Source: Octopus vulgaris (lineage: Eukaryota). Taken from it: a stretch of 64,000 nt of DNA. Both the position numbers and the translations under genes were made by a program. The notes beneath the pieces are model-generated. The model was not told the origin of the DNA, searched no databases, and saw only the letters and a program-made list of their open reading frames with translations. Shown here piece by piece: positions 26,300 to 40,930 of this stretch; within the stretch, counting starts at the first letter, position 1; each line of letters starts with the position of its first letter. Location of the stretch: contig OX597814.1 of assembly GCA_951406725.2 (NCBI GenBank), positions 107,756,001 to 107,820,000 of the forward strand. The letters run 5' to 3'.

Positions 26300-26690
26300 C
26301 AGTACCCAGACAGCTATTTGTATGGCAAGCACATGCAGGGCTCTCGCAAACAAGGGAGGCCTAAACTGAGGTACAAACACACTCTGGAAAGTAACCTCAA
26401 ATGGAGCAGCATTAGACCATGCAAACTCGAAGCCTCTACTGCAGACAGACCAGCATGATGATTTCTTACCTCACGAGCAGCTGTTGCTTTCGAAGAGGAC
26501 TGGCGACAGCATCTCAATGCTACAAGAGAAAGACGTTCCAGCACTGCGTCTGCCTCAGTTCAGTCAACAGACTATCATTGTGACATCTGTGAGCAACTGT
26601 GTGCTTCCAGCTTTGGACTGCGGAATCACAAGTGCTCTCATCACTGAGAACACAGACTTCATTGTCATCAGACACCGATGGAATATCTAT
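26300..26690 (+). mobile_element. RTE/BovB-type LINE 3' fragment
   Basis: YGKHMQGSRKQGRPKLRYKHTLESNLK and a terminal Zn finger YHCDICEQLCASSFGLRNH. Confidence 0.8.
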
Positions 26691-27367
26691 TATTCTTCAG
26701 TTAGCAGTAGGCAACCATCATTACAGTACAATTTCATAGCATTAATTTTCCGAATTTATGGAAAGGTTCATGCTAGCGGAAACACAAGATTCTTTAGCTT
26801 TGAACATAGCTGGCACCAGAAAACGAACTGGAAAATTGTAAATAGAACCAATTTCACAGTTTATGATGCTGAACAAATGTCACTGCCTGTGTGAATATCT
26901 ATGTATATGTATAACAGTGAATACGAATGCATATTTCAGCATGTATATGTGTGAATGTGGATGTCTCTTGTATAAGCAGTGACTTTTAAATGCCACTGAG
27001 TTAATATTACACAAGTATTTTGTTCTCTTACCACAGCAATATAGTATGTACATTAATAATATAATTGCAGAAACACACAAAGATTATTAATGACACTTAA
27101 GCATTTATTTCATATCAAAATTTTCGATGCGCCATCTGCAACCTGGGCACTGACTCAGGTTGTTCTTTTTACGTCTTTTTATCTTTTGTTTCAGTCATGA
27201 AACTGCGGCCATGCTAGGGCACTGCCTTAAAGAATTCTAAGTCAAACGAATCTACCCCAGTACTTTTTTTAAAGATTGGTAAGTCACGAGGACATCAAAA
27301 GACCAACATCGTTTGTCAAATGGAAGCGGGGGACAAACACACACACAGAGACATATATTTATATTCT

Positions 27368-27587
27368 TACTCTCTCTTACTCTTTTACTTGTTTCAGTCG
27401 TTTGACTGCGGCCATGCTGGAGCACCACCTTTAGTCGAGCAAATCGATACTGGGACTCATTCTTATTCTGGGACCCAGTACTTATTCTATTGGTCTCTTT
27501 TACCGAACCGCTAAGTGACAGGGACATAAACACACCAGCAACGGTTGTCAAGCAATGCTAGGGGGACAAACACAGACACACAAACAT

Positions 27588-27626
<39 letters not shown>

Positions 27627-27797
27627 CATATATACGACAGGCTTCTTTCAGTTTCCGTCTACCAAATCCACTCACAAGGCATTGGTCGGCCCGAGGCTAT
27701 AGCAGAAGACACTTGCCCAAGATGCCACGCAGTGGGACTGAACCCGGAACAATGTGGTTGGTAAGCAAGCTACTTACCACACAGTCACTCCTGTGCC
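27368..27797 (-). mobile_element. SINE family A, full length (a second 5' half follows at 27800-27960)
   Basis: Reverse complement of 10976-11378. Confidence 0.9.
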
Positions 27798-28334
27798 TAT
27801 ATGATGGGGTTCTTTCAGTTTCTGACCACCAAATCCACTCACAAAGCTTTGGTTGGCTCGAGGTTATAGTAGAAGACACTCACTCAAGGTGCTATGCAGT
27901 GGGACTGAACCCGGAAGCATTTGGTTGGAAAGAAAGTTCTTATCACATAGCCATGCCTGTTGGTTAGCATATACACGTTTCCATGTTTTTATGACTGGTG
28001 TAACGAAAGTCTTGATGCCAAATAATAAATGATTAAGTAAAGTTAACCATTTTTGTGTGATTTTGAATAGCTATGTGTACCTTCCACGAAGGAAAAGTTT
28101 TAATTTCAGATTTTTTACATGGGGCCAGCACCAAAGCTTTTTACATGGCACCAGTACTGTATCCCTTAATACTGGACTTAGTAGTTTGGTTGTTGGGTCC
28201 TGATTATAAGGTTGGGGTTCAATTCCTAGACACTGCGTTTTATTCTTGAGCAAGGAACTTCGTTTCACACTTCCCCAATCAAAACAGAAGCTTCATGTCA
28301 ATATTCAAGATAGAAAAGAAACCACGTGGTTTAA

Positions 28335-28482
28335 AAGCTTACTTTTCAATCATGTGGTTTTGGGTTCTGTCCTACTTGACTGCAATTTGGGCAAGGCATT
28401 TTCTAAAAATGTTTCAGGCTGACCAATGCCTTGTATGTGGATATAGTATATGGAAATTGTGTGGAAGCTCATCCTCTGCATG

Positions 28483-28513
<31 letters not shown>

Positions 28514-28675
28514 ACGATGGTCTTCTTTCAGTTTCCATCTACCAAATCCACTCACAAGGCTTTGGTCGGCTCAAAGCTATAGTAGAAAGCACTTGCCCAA
28601 GGTGCCATGTAGTGGGACTGAACCCAGAATCATGAGGTTGGTAAGCAAGCTACTTACCACACAGCCACCCCTATG

Positions 28676-28678
<3 letters not shown>
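28335..28678. mobile_element. Two opposed SINE family A 5' halves joined at the internal (TA)n
   Basis: 28335-28470 plus strand, 28513-28678 minus strand. Confidence 0.7.
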
Positions 28679-28717
<39 letters not shown>

Positions 28718-28900
28718 CAAAATAAGAAAATGGAGGAATAGATTTCTTTCAATCATTAACTTCCAGATAATACCAATTCATATAATTTATTAACTAATTA
28801 TTTATATAAAATAGGAACATCCAAATCCAACAGAATAATACAGAATAAAACAATATACATCAAGTAAGATAATACCATAAGGATAATACATATAAAATGG

Positions 28901-29026
28901 ATATTACAGCTGTTTCAGCCCATAGATAAGAGTATCTCATTATGCCCATATTAGTCAGATGTATTGAGGTAATATGCAGTTAAAAATGAGTTACTTATAT
29001 ATATATCTCAAGGCCTCGTCAGAGAT
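28901..29026 (-). ncRNA. Hammerhead-like motif with ~95-nt domain II, weak stem I
   Basis: Minus strand CTGACGA-ggcc...ggct-GAAA-cagctg-TA. Confidence 0.55.
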
Positions 29027-29435
29027 TATAAAGTACAATTATAAAGATATAAAAGGAAGATATAAAATGCAAATATGAATATTCAAGAAGGTACACATAT
29101 ACAAGAATATGCATATATACACATACATATACATATAAGTGTATATACACCTACATATACATATATATAAGTATATACATAATAATATACATACACATAA
29201 GGTTACAGTTAATCAGATCTATATACTGGAATATACATACATATATATATATATCCACATCAAAGTGTCCATATACAAAGTCCAAAGTTCATTGTATTAC
29301 ATTACTAAAAACTATTAATATCATTATTATTATTATTAAGAATACCAATAAAGGAATATGTGCATTCTGCTATTCACAATACATAGTAGATGGAAAATAC
29401 CACTTAAAATATAGCATATGTATATATGTATATAT

Positions 29436-29479
<44 letters not shown>

Positions 29480-30272
29480 TTTTGTTTTGTTCCTTCCCCA
29501 TCACTGGACAACCGGTGTTGCTTTGCTTCCCTCTTTATTACTAGCGGTTAGGCAAAAGAAACAGATAAGATGATAACCAGCTTTTTAAAAAGTAAGTACT
29601 GAGGAGCCGATTTATTTTGCTAAAGCTCTCCAAGGCCATGCTGTAGCATGGCCGTAGTCTAATGAATGAAACAAGTCAAGGATAAAAAATACAAGATGAA
29701 CTGAGCTATTCGTTTCCTGAACAATGCTGGGTATCCTCGTCGTATATATGCAAGGGTATGTGTTGTGTGTGTGTGTGTGTGTGTGTGTGTATTGTACTGA
29801 TATATATATGTGTGTGTTTCTTCGGCAATAGTGTGTATTCTGGAAATGCATTTATGTTTGAGTGTGTATGTGTGTGTTTGTGTGTATATGTGTGAATGTG
29901 TGTGTGTGTGTGAGTGTGTGTGAGTGTGTTTGCGAGTGTGTGTAAGTGTGTGTGTGTGTTTGTGTGCATGTGTGTGTATGTATGAGTGTGCATGTGTTTG
30001 TGAGTGTGTGTGTGAGTGTGTGTGTGTGTGTTTGTGTGTATGTGTGTGAATGTGTGTGTGTGTGTGTGAATGTACATAGCACAAATACATATGTCTCTAC
30101 TTCTGACTAAGATGCAAGGCGATGACTAATATCTCGGCAAACATTGGAGCCAATCGTCTGGCATTACACAGAGAAAATGTCTCAACAACCGCCATGTTTT
30201 ATTTTTCGCTTGTGTGTTTTTTCTGTTCTTTTTTTTTTGTTTATTTTTATTCTCCCTCCATCCCCCCCCTAC

Positions 30273-30337
30273 CCCCCGAAGGCAAACATCGATGATGTAA
30301 CAACATTTGAAACACATCAACAATCATATCAATCAGT
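30273..30337 (-). other. Candidate 65-nt host exon (LIDMIVDVFQMLLHHRCLPSG)
   Basis: Acceptor ttttccttttTCAG|, open frame, donor G|GTAGGG; lies in a unique-sequence island. Protein not recognised. Confidence 0.35.
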
Positions 30338-31492
30338 CTGAAAAAGGAAAATTAAAACAAACACTTAAATCTTTAACCAAACGTGGATGATTGAGAGAAC
30401 GACGACGATGTCTTTCCTAAGCCTGAAACCACTCAAAGACTGAGTTTATTAATAGTAATGATCGGTTGGTTAAGGTTAGTGGGGGTGAGAGTGGCAGTGT
30501 GGGGTGGCAAGGGTGGTGGTTGATTGGTGGATTGGCCGATTGGTTTCTTAATTGGTAGAATGGAAGGTTGGTGAGTTAGTTGGTTATAGTTAGTGGTGGT
30601 GGGGTTATGGTTTGGCCAGCTGGTTTATTGGGTGCTTGGTTGGTCAATTGGTAGATTAGTTGCCTGTTTTATTGGGTTTTTAAAAAACGTTTACCCTTTT
30701 TTTTTATCCAATTTTGTTGTATTTTACTAACATGAATCTCATTCTTTTTATTCCTAAATTCATTTATGCATATATTCACACGCACACACACACATACACA
30801 CACACACACATGCATACAAACACACACATGCACACACACAAATGCATTTCCAGAATATACACTACTGCCCAGGAAATACATATGTATATCTGTACAATAC
30901 ACACACACACACACACACACATACACGGACACACACACACACACGCACTATGTCCCCACATGTTTTATCTTTTACTCGTTTCAGTCATTAGACTGCGGTC
31001 ATGCTGGTGCACTGCCTTGAAGGAATCAGCCCCAGGACTCACTATTAAGCCTGATACTTATTCTATCACTGAAACACCAAGTTATAGGGATGTAAACACA
31101 CCAACACCGGTTGTCAACGGGGGGGGGGGGCACATGCACATATATACAACAGGCTTCTTTCAGTTTCCATGTACTTGCCTAAGTTACCAGACAGTGGCAC
31201 TGAACCTGGAACCATGTGGTTAGCAAGCAAACATCTTACCCCAAAACCACAGTTCTGTCTATACAGAGATATGCAAACACGCATCAGTATATTTCTTCTT
31301 TCTCTTCCTCATTTTTTTCTTTTTAAATTTTCATTCATTCCATTCTACTCTTTCTCATTTCCCCCTTCCTTCCATCAGGTACTTTTTCTTCACTAATTTC
31401 TTCCTCTTTTTCCTTCCTTTAATCTTGTATCGTTCATTGCTTCCTTCTCTCATTTTCCTAGTTTTTCTTCCAAATTTTCATTCACATCCTAT

Positions 31493-31721
31493 TTCTTTAC
31501 TACCCACAAGGGGCTAAACACAGGAGAGGACAAACAAGGACAGACAAACGGATTTAGTCGATTATATCGACACCAGTGCGTAACTGGTACTTATTTAATT
31601 GACCCCGAAAGGATGAAAGGCAAAGTTGACCTTGGCGGAATTTGAACTCAGAACGTAGCGGCAGACAAAATACCGCTAAGCATTTCGCCCGGCGTACTAA
31701 TGTTTCTGCCAGCTCGCCACC
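31493..31721 (-). mobile_element. SINE family B, full length
   Basis: Matches 21371-21599. Confidence 0.88.
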
Positions 31722-31951
31722 TTATATTTTCATTCACATCCTTCTTTTAACTCCTTTGTTTCTCTTTTTTTCTTTCTTACTTTATTCTCCCCTCACTCCT
31801 TCTCCAAGCACACACGTTTTCTTTCCATGTCTCTACCCGACTCCCTTTCTCTCTCCATATACTCTACTCTTTCTCCCTACTCTCTTTCTCTCTCTCTCTC
31901 ACCATCTCTATCTTTCTCCTCTCTCTTTCCTGATCTTCAACTCTCTTGTTT

Positions 31952-31995
<44 letters not shown>

Positions 31996-32851
31996 ATCCT
32001 TCTCATCTCCTCATTAATTCACATGTCTTTTAGTAAACATCTTTTCCAACATTTCAAAATTCACTGCAGCCATTGCACAGAGCAAATAAAAAACTGCACG
32101 CACACGTCCGCACAAACACACACACAGTTCTACATATGCACACATATATATACACATACACACATCTTCAGAATTACAGAAGCAGTCAAACACCAGTATA
32201 TTCACACACATAAACACACATCTATACACATGCCAACATACATATATAATAAACACACACATATACACATGTATGCACTATGTCCATATATGTCCCATTC
32301 TTTACCAATTAAACTCTTTCATTATTAATTACCCCAGAAAGAAAGATTAATTAACACACTGATTACATTGCAATGACTCTTTTCTCATTGTCATTTCATC
32401 TATCCTACTTTCTCTCCCTCTTCCCCCTCTCTCTCTCTCTATATATATGTATACATTTAGGTATGCATATGTGTATGAGTGTGTATGTGTATGCATGTGT
32501 GTATGTGTGTTTCTCTCTCTCTCTCTCTTTATATATATATATCGCGTGATTATATGATCGACCAGACTATCGGATGATATTATACATCGCTGATCACAAT
32601 GCGCTTTTCATCGTTTAAACTTTTGAATGGTGCCATCCCGCTGGCTAGGCAAGCAGGCCCACATTCTCCTTGACCAGAAGGCTATTTCGTCACACGGTTA
32701 CCTATTTACAACCTAGTGAACTGGAACAACGGGAAATGAAGTATCTTGTTCAAAACCATAATGCAGAGCCCTGTCCAGGAATGGAACCTACAGCCTAGAA
32801 ATTGTAAGTGTAACACCCTATATATGTATGTATGTATATATATATATATAT

Positions 32852-33164
32852 AAAATACAAAATGGGACAAGAACGCAAAACATCCGGACAACTAGGTGAT
32901 ACAAAAAGGGACAACAAAACATCCAGATAGACGATACAAAAAAACAAGGATGGATCATTCGAAGCTTTCTATCCTCAGTCAAGAACCAGATCATCCTCAC
33001 AATTTTGGCTGATTAATCTTGAGATTGCTGCAATCTGGCCAGCCCCAAGGAAAAACTAAGCTAAGAGCACTAGATTCCTTGGAAGAAAGCATCGAATGTA
33101 TACGAAAACAAGGACAGGAAAACAGACAATGTTACACAAATATAAATACAAAATACAATGAAAA

Positions 33165-33165
<1 letters not shown>
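32852..33165 (-). repeat. Dispersed repeat (probable PLE pLTR/UTR), also at 42395-42510 and 48440-48710
   Basis: Shared ttcttccaaggaatctagtgctcttagcttagtttttccttggggctggccagatt and downstream sequence; (TA)n-adjacent. Confidence 0.7.
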
Positions 33166-33205
<40 letters not shown>

Positions 33206-33519
33206 TAATAATATTAATATATATATATATATATTACTCTCTCCCACTCCACCTATATGTTATAAAACGTGACAGGAGAAACTTACCCACCAACCAACCA
33301 ACCAACCAACATTTATATTGACAATTATTATAGAGAGATATTTAGTCTTGCTGTGAGACTAGGCCCAAGGAGGGGCTATTTCACCCTCATCTTTACTGAT
33401 ATAACAGAATAGCTCATGAGACACACTCTCAACTTGTCTAATAATCGCAAACCTCAGCCATGTTAAAATTTCCTGCAGCAGACGACAATTTGAGGAGAAC
33501 ATAAATTGCAGAAATAACA

Positions 33520-33907
33520 CCTGGGTCGCCTTACTAGCACTTGAGCCCCATGCTAATAGGGTGTTAAGAGCACCATCCGAGCATGATCGTTGCCAGAGCT
33601 GCTTAACTGGCTTCCATGCCGGTGGCATGTAAAAGGCATCATTCGAGCGTGATCGTTACCAGCATCGCCTTACTGGCATGTCTAAAAGATTTGAGTGAGG
33701 TCATTGCCAGTACTGCCTGACTGGCCCTCATGCCGGTGACACGTAAACTGCACCTACTATACTCTCAGAGTGGTTGGAGTTAGGAAGGGCATCCAGCTGT
33801 AGAAACTCTGCCAGATCAAGATTGGGGTCTGGTGCAGCCATCTGGTACGCCAGCCCTCAGTCAAATCATCCAAAGCAGACGTTAAACAATGATGATGATG
33901 ATGATGA
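33520..33907 (+). mobile_element. RTE 3'-UTR fragment
   Basis: Internal ~45-bp minisatellite-like units and (GAT)n tail as in 46275-47203. Confidence 0.8.
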
Positions 33908-34029
33908 ACAACGTAGCGTACACCAAAATTACATTAAGTTATAGGAAACATACATACATACAAACGTGCGTATGTATGTACATACATACATGTGTGTGTC
34001 TATGTGTGTGTCTTTATATGTGTGTGTGT

Positions 34030-34211
34030 AAGTGCAGGCGTGGCTGTGTGGTAAGAAAGTTGCTTCCCAACCACAGGGTTCCGTGTTCAGTCTCACTGTG
34101 TGGCACCTTGGGCAAGTGTCTTTTACTATAGACTCAGGCCAACCAAAGCTTTGACAAGGGATTTGGTTGCTGGAAACTGAAAGAAGCCTGTCTTATGCAT
34201 GAGTGTGTGTG

Positions 34212-34289
<78 letters not shown>

Positions 34290-34750
34290 TTCATGCATGT
34301 TTGTGTGTGTATAGGTGCAGGTGTGGCTGTGTGGTCAGAAACTTGCTTCCCAACCACAGGTTTCCGGGTTCAGTCCTACTGCTTGTCACATGGGGCAAGT
34401 GTCTTTTACTATAACTCCGGACCAACGAAAACTTTGTGAGCGGATTTAGTTGATGGAAACTGAAAGAAGCCCGTACTGTGTATACATATGTATGTGCGTG
34501 TGTGTGCATATATGTGTGTGTATATAGGGTGGGGATCATGGGTGGGTGGGAGTCTGTTTCTGTTTGTCTCCCAACACCGCTTGACAACCGGTGTTGGTGT
34601 GTTTATGTCCCTGTAACTTAACGGTTCAGCAAATGATCCCAATATCACCAGGCGTAAGGAAAGTAATGGGGTCAATTCGTTTGAGTAAATTTCTTCAAAG
34701 TAGTGCTCCAGCATGGTCCTAGTCTGATGATTGAAACAAGTAAAAGATGA
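34030..34750 (+). mobile_element. Tandem SINE family A copies (5' half 34030-34192, full copy 34313-34750)
   Basis: Similarity to 10976-11378. Confidence 0.8.
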
Positions 34751-34945
34751 AAGATTCTGAAATTCAGCGAAACCCATGAAACATTTCATTAAAATAATTA
34801 TTTTAATTGCATTTCAATCAAACAGCGGTTGTCACCAAAACTATGACGGTTATCTATCTATCTGTCTGTCTTTCCGTCTGTCTGTCTGTTTGTCTGTCCG
34901 TCCATCCATCCATCCATATCTGTCTGTCTCTCCATCCTTCTGTCA

Positions 34946-34995
<50 letters not shown>

Positions 34996-35131
34996 GCATC
35001 TATCTATCTACCTAAACACACACACACATTCTTTAATCTTCAGTCTTTAAAATGTTTCAGCTTCAAAACTGCGGTCATACTGGGGCACCACCGTTGACTG
35101 GGTACACCATTATTTGAAACCTCCTTATATA

Positions 35132-35503
35132 TCTCTATATATATAAATGGCAAAATGTCTGTCTGTGTGTGTGTGTATCCTTTATACAAATCCACAATTT
35201 TTCAGTCAAATGGCTCACACTTTCTATGGTCATTCAAAACCGTCCAAGGGTGGTCATGCGCATCTTTACATTTCCTTAGTCACCCTGCAAAGCCATTAAA
35301 AAATCAATAGAAGTGACTTTTTTGTGAATTTTCTATCCAAAACCCAATCAAAATGCCCGAAACTTGATATGCCAATTGAATGCCAGCTAGCTGTATGGGA
35401 TTGGTCGGAGATTTGGACAGTACTCGCGTGTATTTGCACATGCATGCAGCTGTATATGCATGCACTAGCACTATGACCCAGCATTGCCGGGTCATATTGC
35501 TAG
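35132..35503 (+). mobile_element. Non-autonomous Helitron
   Basis: A|TC start followed by tatatatataaa, subterminal hairpin atgacccagcattgccgggtcat, CTAG|T end. Confidence 0.75.
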
Positions 35504-35599
35504 TATATATATAATCTATCTACTATCTATCTCTGTAATCTATCTATCTGTCTGTCTGTTGTTTGACTGTCTATCTGTATGTGTGTGTGTGCATGTATA

Positions 35600-36514
35600 T
35601 TGGGTCATCCCATAAATAATGCATTTTTTTATACTTCTTTCATTTTTCAAAATTAAGATAAAGTTCTTTTTTAATCTAAAATATCCTTCGTTTTATACAA
35701 TGCTCTTCCATCTTTCTGGTAGACTTGCAAGGCCCCCTCCTACAAAATTTACTTGTATGTGATGAAAAATGCTCCTCCAGTACTGTTCTGACGTCATCTA
35801 CAGAATTCATATTTTTTCCGTTCAAAAGATTTTGAAGACTGCAAAATAAATGATAATCAGATGGTGCAATGTACGGCAAGTATGGTGGGTGGAGCATTGT
35901 TTTGCATTCAAACTGTTCCAGCCTTTGGAATGTCATCCCTGTTGTATGTAGCCGAGTATTATCCTGATGGAAGAACATCTTTCGTATTGAAACCAAAGGT
36001 GGTTGTTTTTCTTGTAGTGCTGACTTTAATGACTGGTTGAATGACCAAATCCAAACTTCTCTGCTAGTTCCTCAACACTTACGATGGGATTTTGTTCCAC
36101 CAGGGTTTGCATGATGTCCTCCTCAAGCTCTACAGATCTTCCAGAACAAGGCTCATCTTCTAGGCTGCAGTTTTTGGTTCAGAATTTCTGGGACCACCAT
36201 TGACACTGGCTTACGCTTATTGTTCGATCCCCATATACTGCATTAATATTCCTCGCACTTTCCATTGCGTTGTTGCTTTTATTGAACCCATAAAGCAAAA
36301 TATGCTGAATATGCTCCTTTCTAACTTCCATTATAGCTTTGAAAAAATAACTGTTAAAATCGAACTGCACTCTTCAAAACTTGCACTAAGAATAAGGACA
36401 AGGTAAAATTACTACCTGCTTTTATAGCAAGTTGATGCAGGTAGGTAATCCTGTCCCCCTCCGACTTTAAGTTCATGCAATTGAAAAGTCCACATTATAT
36501 ATGGGATGACCCAA
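35600..36514 (-). mobile_element. Mariner (DD34D) transposon, internally deleted
   Basis: TIRs ttgggtcatcccata/tatgggatgacccaa in TA; N-terminal HTH MEVRKEHIQHILLY..INAVYGD; HQDNTRLH..HPPYLPYIAPSDYHLF; WVPHEL and first Asp region missing. Confidence 0.92.
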
Positions 36515-36532
36515 TATATATATATATATATA

Positions 36533-36915
36533 TACTCTTTTACTTGTCATTTGACTGCGGCCATGCTGGAGCACGGCCTTTAGTCGAGCAAATCGACCCC
36601 GGGTCTTATTCTTTGTAAGCCCAGTACTTATTTTATCGGTCTCTTTTGCCGAACCGCTAAGTGACGGGGACGTAAACACCAGCATCGGTTGTCAAGCAAT
36701 GCTAGGGGGACAAACACAGACACACAAATACATACACACACATACATATATATGACAGGCTTCTTTCAGTTTCCGTCTACCAAATCCACTCACAAGGCAT
36801 TGGTCGGCCCGAGGCTATAGCAGAAGACACTTGCCCAAGATGCCACGCAGTGGGACTGAACCCGGAACAATGTGGTTGGTTAGCAAGCTACTTACCACAC
36901 AGCCACTCCTGCGCC
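36533..36915 (-). mobile_element. SINE family A, full length
   Basis: Reverse complement of 10976-11378. Confidence 0.9.
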
Positions 36916-36918
36916 TAT

Positions 36919-36973
<55 letters not shown>

Positions 36974-37122
36974 ATATGTATATACATATGTATATTAGAA
37001 GGTTTGGAGATGATGTACAGGTATTTTATATTAAAAGAAATGAGGTACTCAGAAATTCGGATGGTTTTATATTTACATATATTTATTAGTATGTTACATG
37101 TTTTTATACATCATATAACATA

Positions 37123-37162
37123 TATTAGCGCTTTCGTCCATTCTAGTGGAGTTTTCAAATTG
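37123..37162 (-). ncRNA. Minimal hammerhead motif (U3-A8) in a pLTR-like repeat (~37030-37480)
   Basis: Minus strand at-TTGAAAA-c-tcca(ctagaa)tgga-c-GAAA-gcgc-TA-at; homologue at 45713-45752 has CTGACAA. Confidence 0.6.
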
Positions 37163-37557
37163 AACTAAGTTCTTGCAGAAAATTCAACTCTTTTTATAGT
37201 GTTATTGAGTGTGTAGTGGTGGGGAGGGATATAAGATAGTACAAGAGGGTGATGAATGGGGAGAAAGTGAGAGAGAGCATGTGTGTGCGTGTGTGTATGT
37301 GTGTGCGTATGTGTGTGTGTGTGTTTTTGTATCTGAAAGATTGTTAAAGAAAAAGAAGGGAAGGAAGAAAAGGGAGAAAAAGAAGAAAAAAATTTTTTGT
37401 TGGTAATAATAATAGACTGTTTACTCCAAGGGGGGCAAAATGTCACTTTTCAAAAAATTGTCTGGATTTGTTTTTTATCATTCATCATCATTATCATCAT
37501 CATCGTTTATGAAGCGATGTTTACTGTCGTTCGATCTGACTCATCATAAAACGAATC

Positions 37558-38177
37558 ATCATCATATCATCATCGTTTAACGTCCGCTTTCCATGCTAGC
37601 ATGGGTTGGACGATTTGACTGAGGGCTGGCGAACCAGATGGGTGCACCAGGCTCCAATCTTGATTTGGCAGAGTTTCTACAGCTGGATGCCCTTCCTAAC
37701 GCCAACCACTCCGAGAGTGTAGTGGGTTCTATTTACGTGCCACCGGCACAGGGGCCAGTCAGGCAGTACTGGCAATGACCTCGCTTGAATGTTTTTACAC
37801 ATGCCACCAGCACAGGTTCCAGTAAGGCAACGTTGGTAACGATCACGCTCGAAAGGTGCCCTTTTTCGTGCCACTGGCACGAAAGTTAGTTGGCTGCTCT
37901 GGCAACGATCATGCTTGGATGGTGCTCTTGGCACCCTACCAGCATGGGCTCAAGTGCCAGTAAGGCAACGCTGGTAATGATCACGCTTGAATGATGCGCT
38001 TTATGTGCCACTGGCACGGAAGCTGGTTAGCCGGTCTGTCAATGATCACGCTCATATGGTGCTCTTTGCACCCTGCTAGCACAGACGCCAGTGATCGAAT
38101 TTGATTTTAATTTTGATTTTGCTTTTGATTGATTTCACTTGCCTCAACAGGTCTTCGCAAGCAGAGTTTTAGTGTCA
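37558..38177 (-). mobile_element. RTE 3'-UTR fragment
   Basis: Reverse complement of ~46680-47203. Confidence 0.85.
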
Positions 38178-38227
38178 AAGAAGGAAAAGAGATTATGGTT
38201 TCATTTGGTTTGCTGGGTCTTCTCACG

Positions 38228-38331
<104 letters not shown>

Positions 38332-38930
38332 AATGACTTGAGACACTCGTTCTGACTTGGTTTTAATTTTTCCTCTAATATATATATAATGTAGATAGGG
38401 TCAAAATCCAAGCCGTGTTCTCTTGAAGTTCAACTGCTTATTTAAGAAAACTGGATTGAAAATATGTGGAAGCTCGTTGCATAAGTATATACGTTTGTGT
38501 GAGTCAGTCTGAGCCCTTGTGCCTTTTTGTCTGCTCCCACACCATTTGAAATCTGGTATTGTTTTGTTCACACCTCCATAACTTAGCAGTCCAGTAAATA
38601 AGTCCATCAAATAATAGAATAGATACCAGGCTTAAAAACAAATAAAAATAGTGGTGTTGACCTGTTCAGCGAAAACGTTCAATGCAGTGCTCCACTATGG
38701 CTGTGGTCTAATGATTTAAACAAGTAAAAAATTATTTTAAAATAAGCATGTGTGTATAGATGAATGTGTACACATACATATATACACTTAGACATACATA
38801 CATACATACATATGAACATATGTATGTATGTATACATTTAAGTATGTATGAGCATCAAACTAATATACCTTGTTGGCTGTTCTCTCACCTATGTCTGCCT
38901 TTTGTTTTGTTTTTTGAATAATTTTGAACC

Positions 38931-38972
<42 letters not shown>

Positions 38973-39792
38973 TTCATTCACTAGAACACCTGTCTGTGTT
39001 TGCATTGTCTTTGCATGGGGTCTATCCGGACTCCTGCCTTTGCCCGTAAACTGGAATTAATCTTCACTCTTCACTTCTTTGTGCCACATGGTCTCAACTC
39101 CTCTCCTCTCTTCATCTGACACCTATATCCTCTCTTCACTCCTATCCACCTTGCCTCTTCATTGATACCCCTCAACCTCACCCCATAAACACATAACCCA
39201 CCCCTACCCCAGCATCTCCACCCCACATTCCCACCCTCTAATCCCCCCACAACCCACCCCACACCACACACTATCATCAGGACACCCACACATTACAGAC
39301 GCACACACTTACAAACACACACATCCACATGTCAGAGTCACTAGCCCCTATTCACATACATGCACACTTACACACTATCACATACACACACACACACACA
39401 CACACGCACGCACGTGCACCTTCATTTTGGGATCCTCTTCTCTCTACCTCTCCTATCAAGCCTTTTTTTCCCCAACCCACCGCCATGCTTGATCGCTAAA
39501 TCCACAAGTTTTTTTTATTCTCTCTCTCTTTATTTTCTCTTATTCCTTTGTGTTGAAGAGTGTAGGCTCGCATCGCAAAAGACTTTCTCATGTTCCCAAG
39601 CGTCAAACTGATATACCTGTCTTCATCTTTCATTTTACTGTACATTTTGACTGTATATATATATATATGTATATATATATATTTATATATAGATAGATAG
39701 ATACATACATACATACATACACACACACATATAAAAGTGTCCAAATATTGGGACATGAGTTTTGCGATGCCTTTGTAGCTTTATTAATAAAG

Positions 39793-39823
<31 letters not shown>

Positions 39824-39902
39824 GTTATATATATATATATATAAATATAAATGTATGTTATATATATATATATGCATGTTATATATATATATAAATAAAC
39901 AG

Positions 39903-40088
39903 TGCTGGTGGCATGTAAAAAGCACCCACTACACTCATGGAGTGGTTGGCATTAGGAAGGGCATCCAGCTGTAGAAGCACTGCCAGATCAGACTGGAGCC
40001 TGGCGCAGCCTCCTGGCTTTCCAGACCCCGGTCGAATCGTCCAACCCATGCTAGCATGGAAAGCGGACGTTAAACGATGATGATGATG
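39903..40088 (+). mobile_element. RTE 3'-end fragment
   Basis: ggaagggcatccagctgtagaa..aaacgatgatgatg. Confidence 0.85.
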
Positions 40089-40742
40089 AGATATATATAT
40101 ACATACATACATATATATTTGTCGGTCTGTTACCAGATTTGGAGTGGTTTTCCGATCGACTTTAATTAAACTTCAATCCATGTTTCTGCTTCTAACATTT
40201 GTCTCTTTTCTGCAAACAGAATTGTTTGCGAACCAGTATTTACTTAGATTCCATCAACATTTTATTTTGCCTTGTTAAAAACGACCCCATACACCGCCGC
40301 CGCCGCCACCACTACCACCACCACCACCACCACCACCACCACCACACCACCAACAACAACAGCAACAAAAACAACAGCAATAACAACAAGCAACAATAAA
40401 CCATAAAGAAGAAAATGTGTTGTTATTTTTTATTTTATTGTTTATTCCGAAGTAATAAAAAAATTATTGGAAATAAAGATGTCTGGATATTTTTAATAGC
40501 ATTGTATTCTGCTAAAAGAATTGACAAAGCGTTTATCATCGGTCGTCAGGCTCTTTGACAAGATTTCATAGCTATTTATTCACAAGATTCTTCCCTATAT
40601 CGAAGAATATAGGTGAATAATATTGGTAGAATCGCAAAACGGATATATTAGTGCAACATCACCTGTTGTCATTGGTTGCAACAACAAATGACATTGATTT
40701 CATATGATATATATATGTATATATGTGTGTGTATGTGTATAT

Positions 40743-40824
<82 letters not shown>

Positions 40825-40893
40825 TTTATTTTATAGAAGGAGTATTGAGTACCTTATTTACTGTGGTTAACCCCGACTCAACCCGGGACCTAC

Positions 40894-40924
<31 letters not shown>

Positions 40925-40930
40925 TATATA

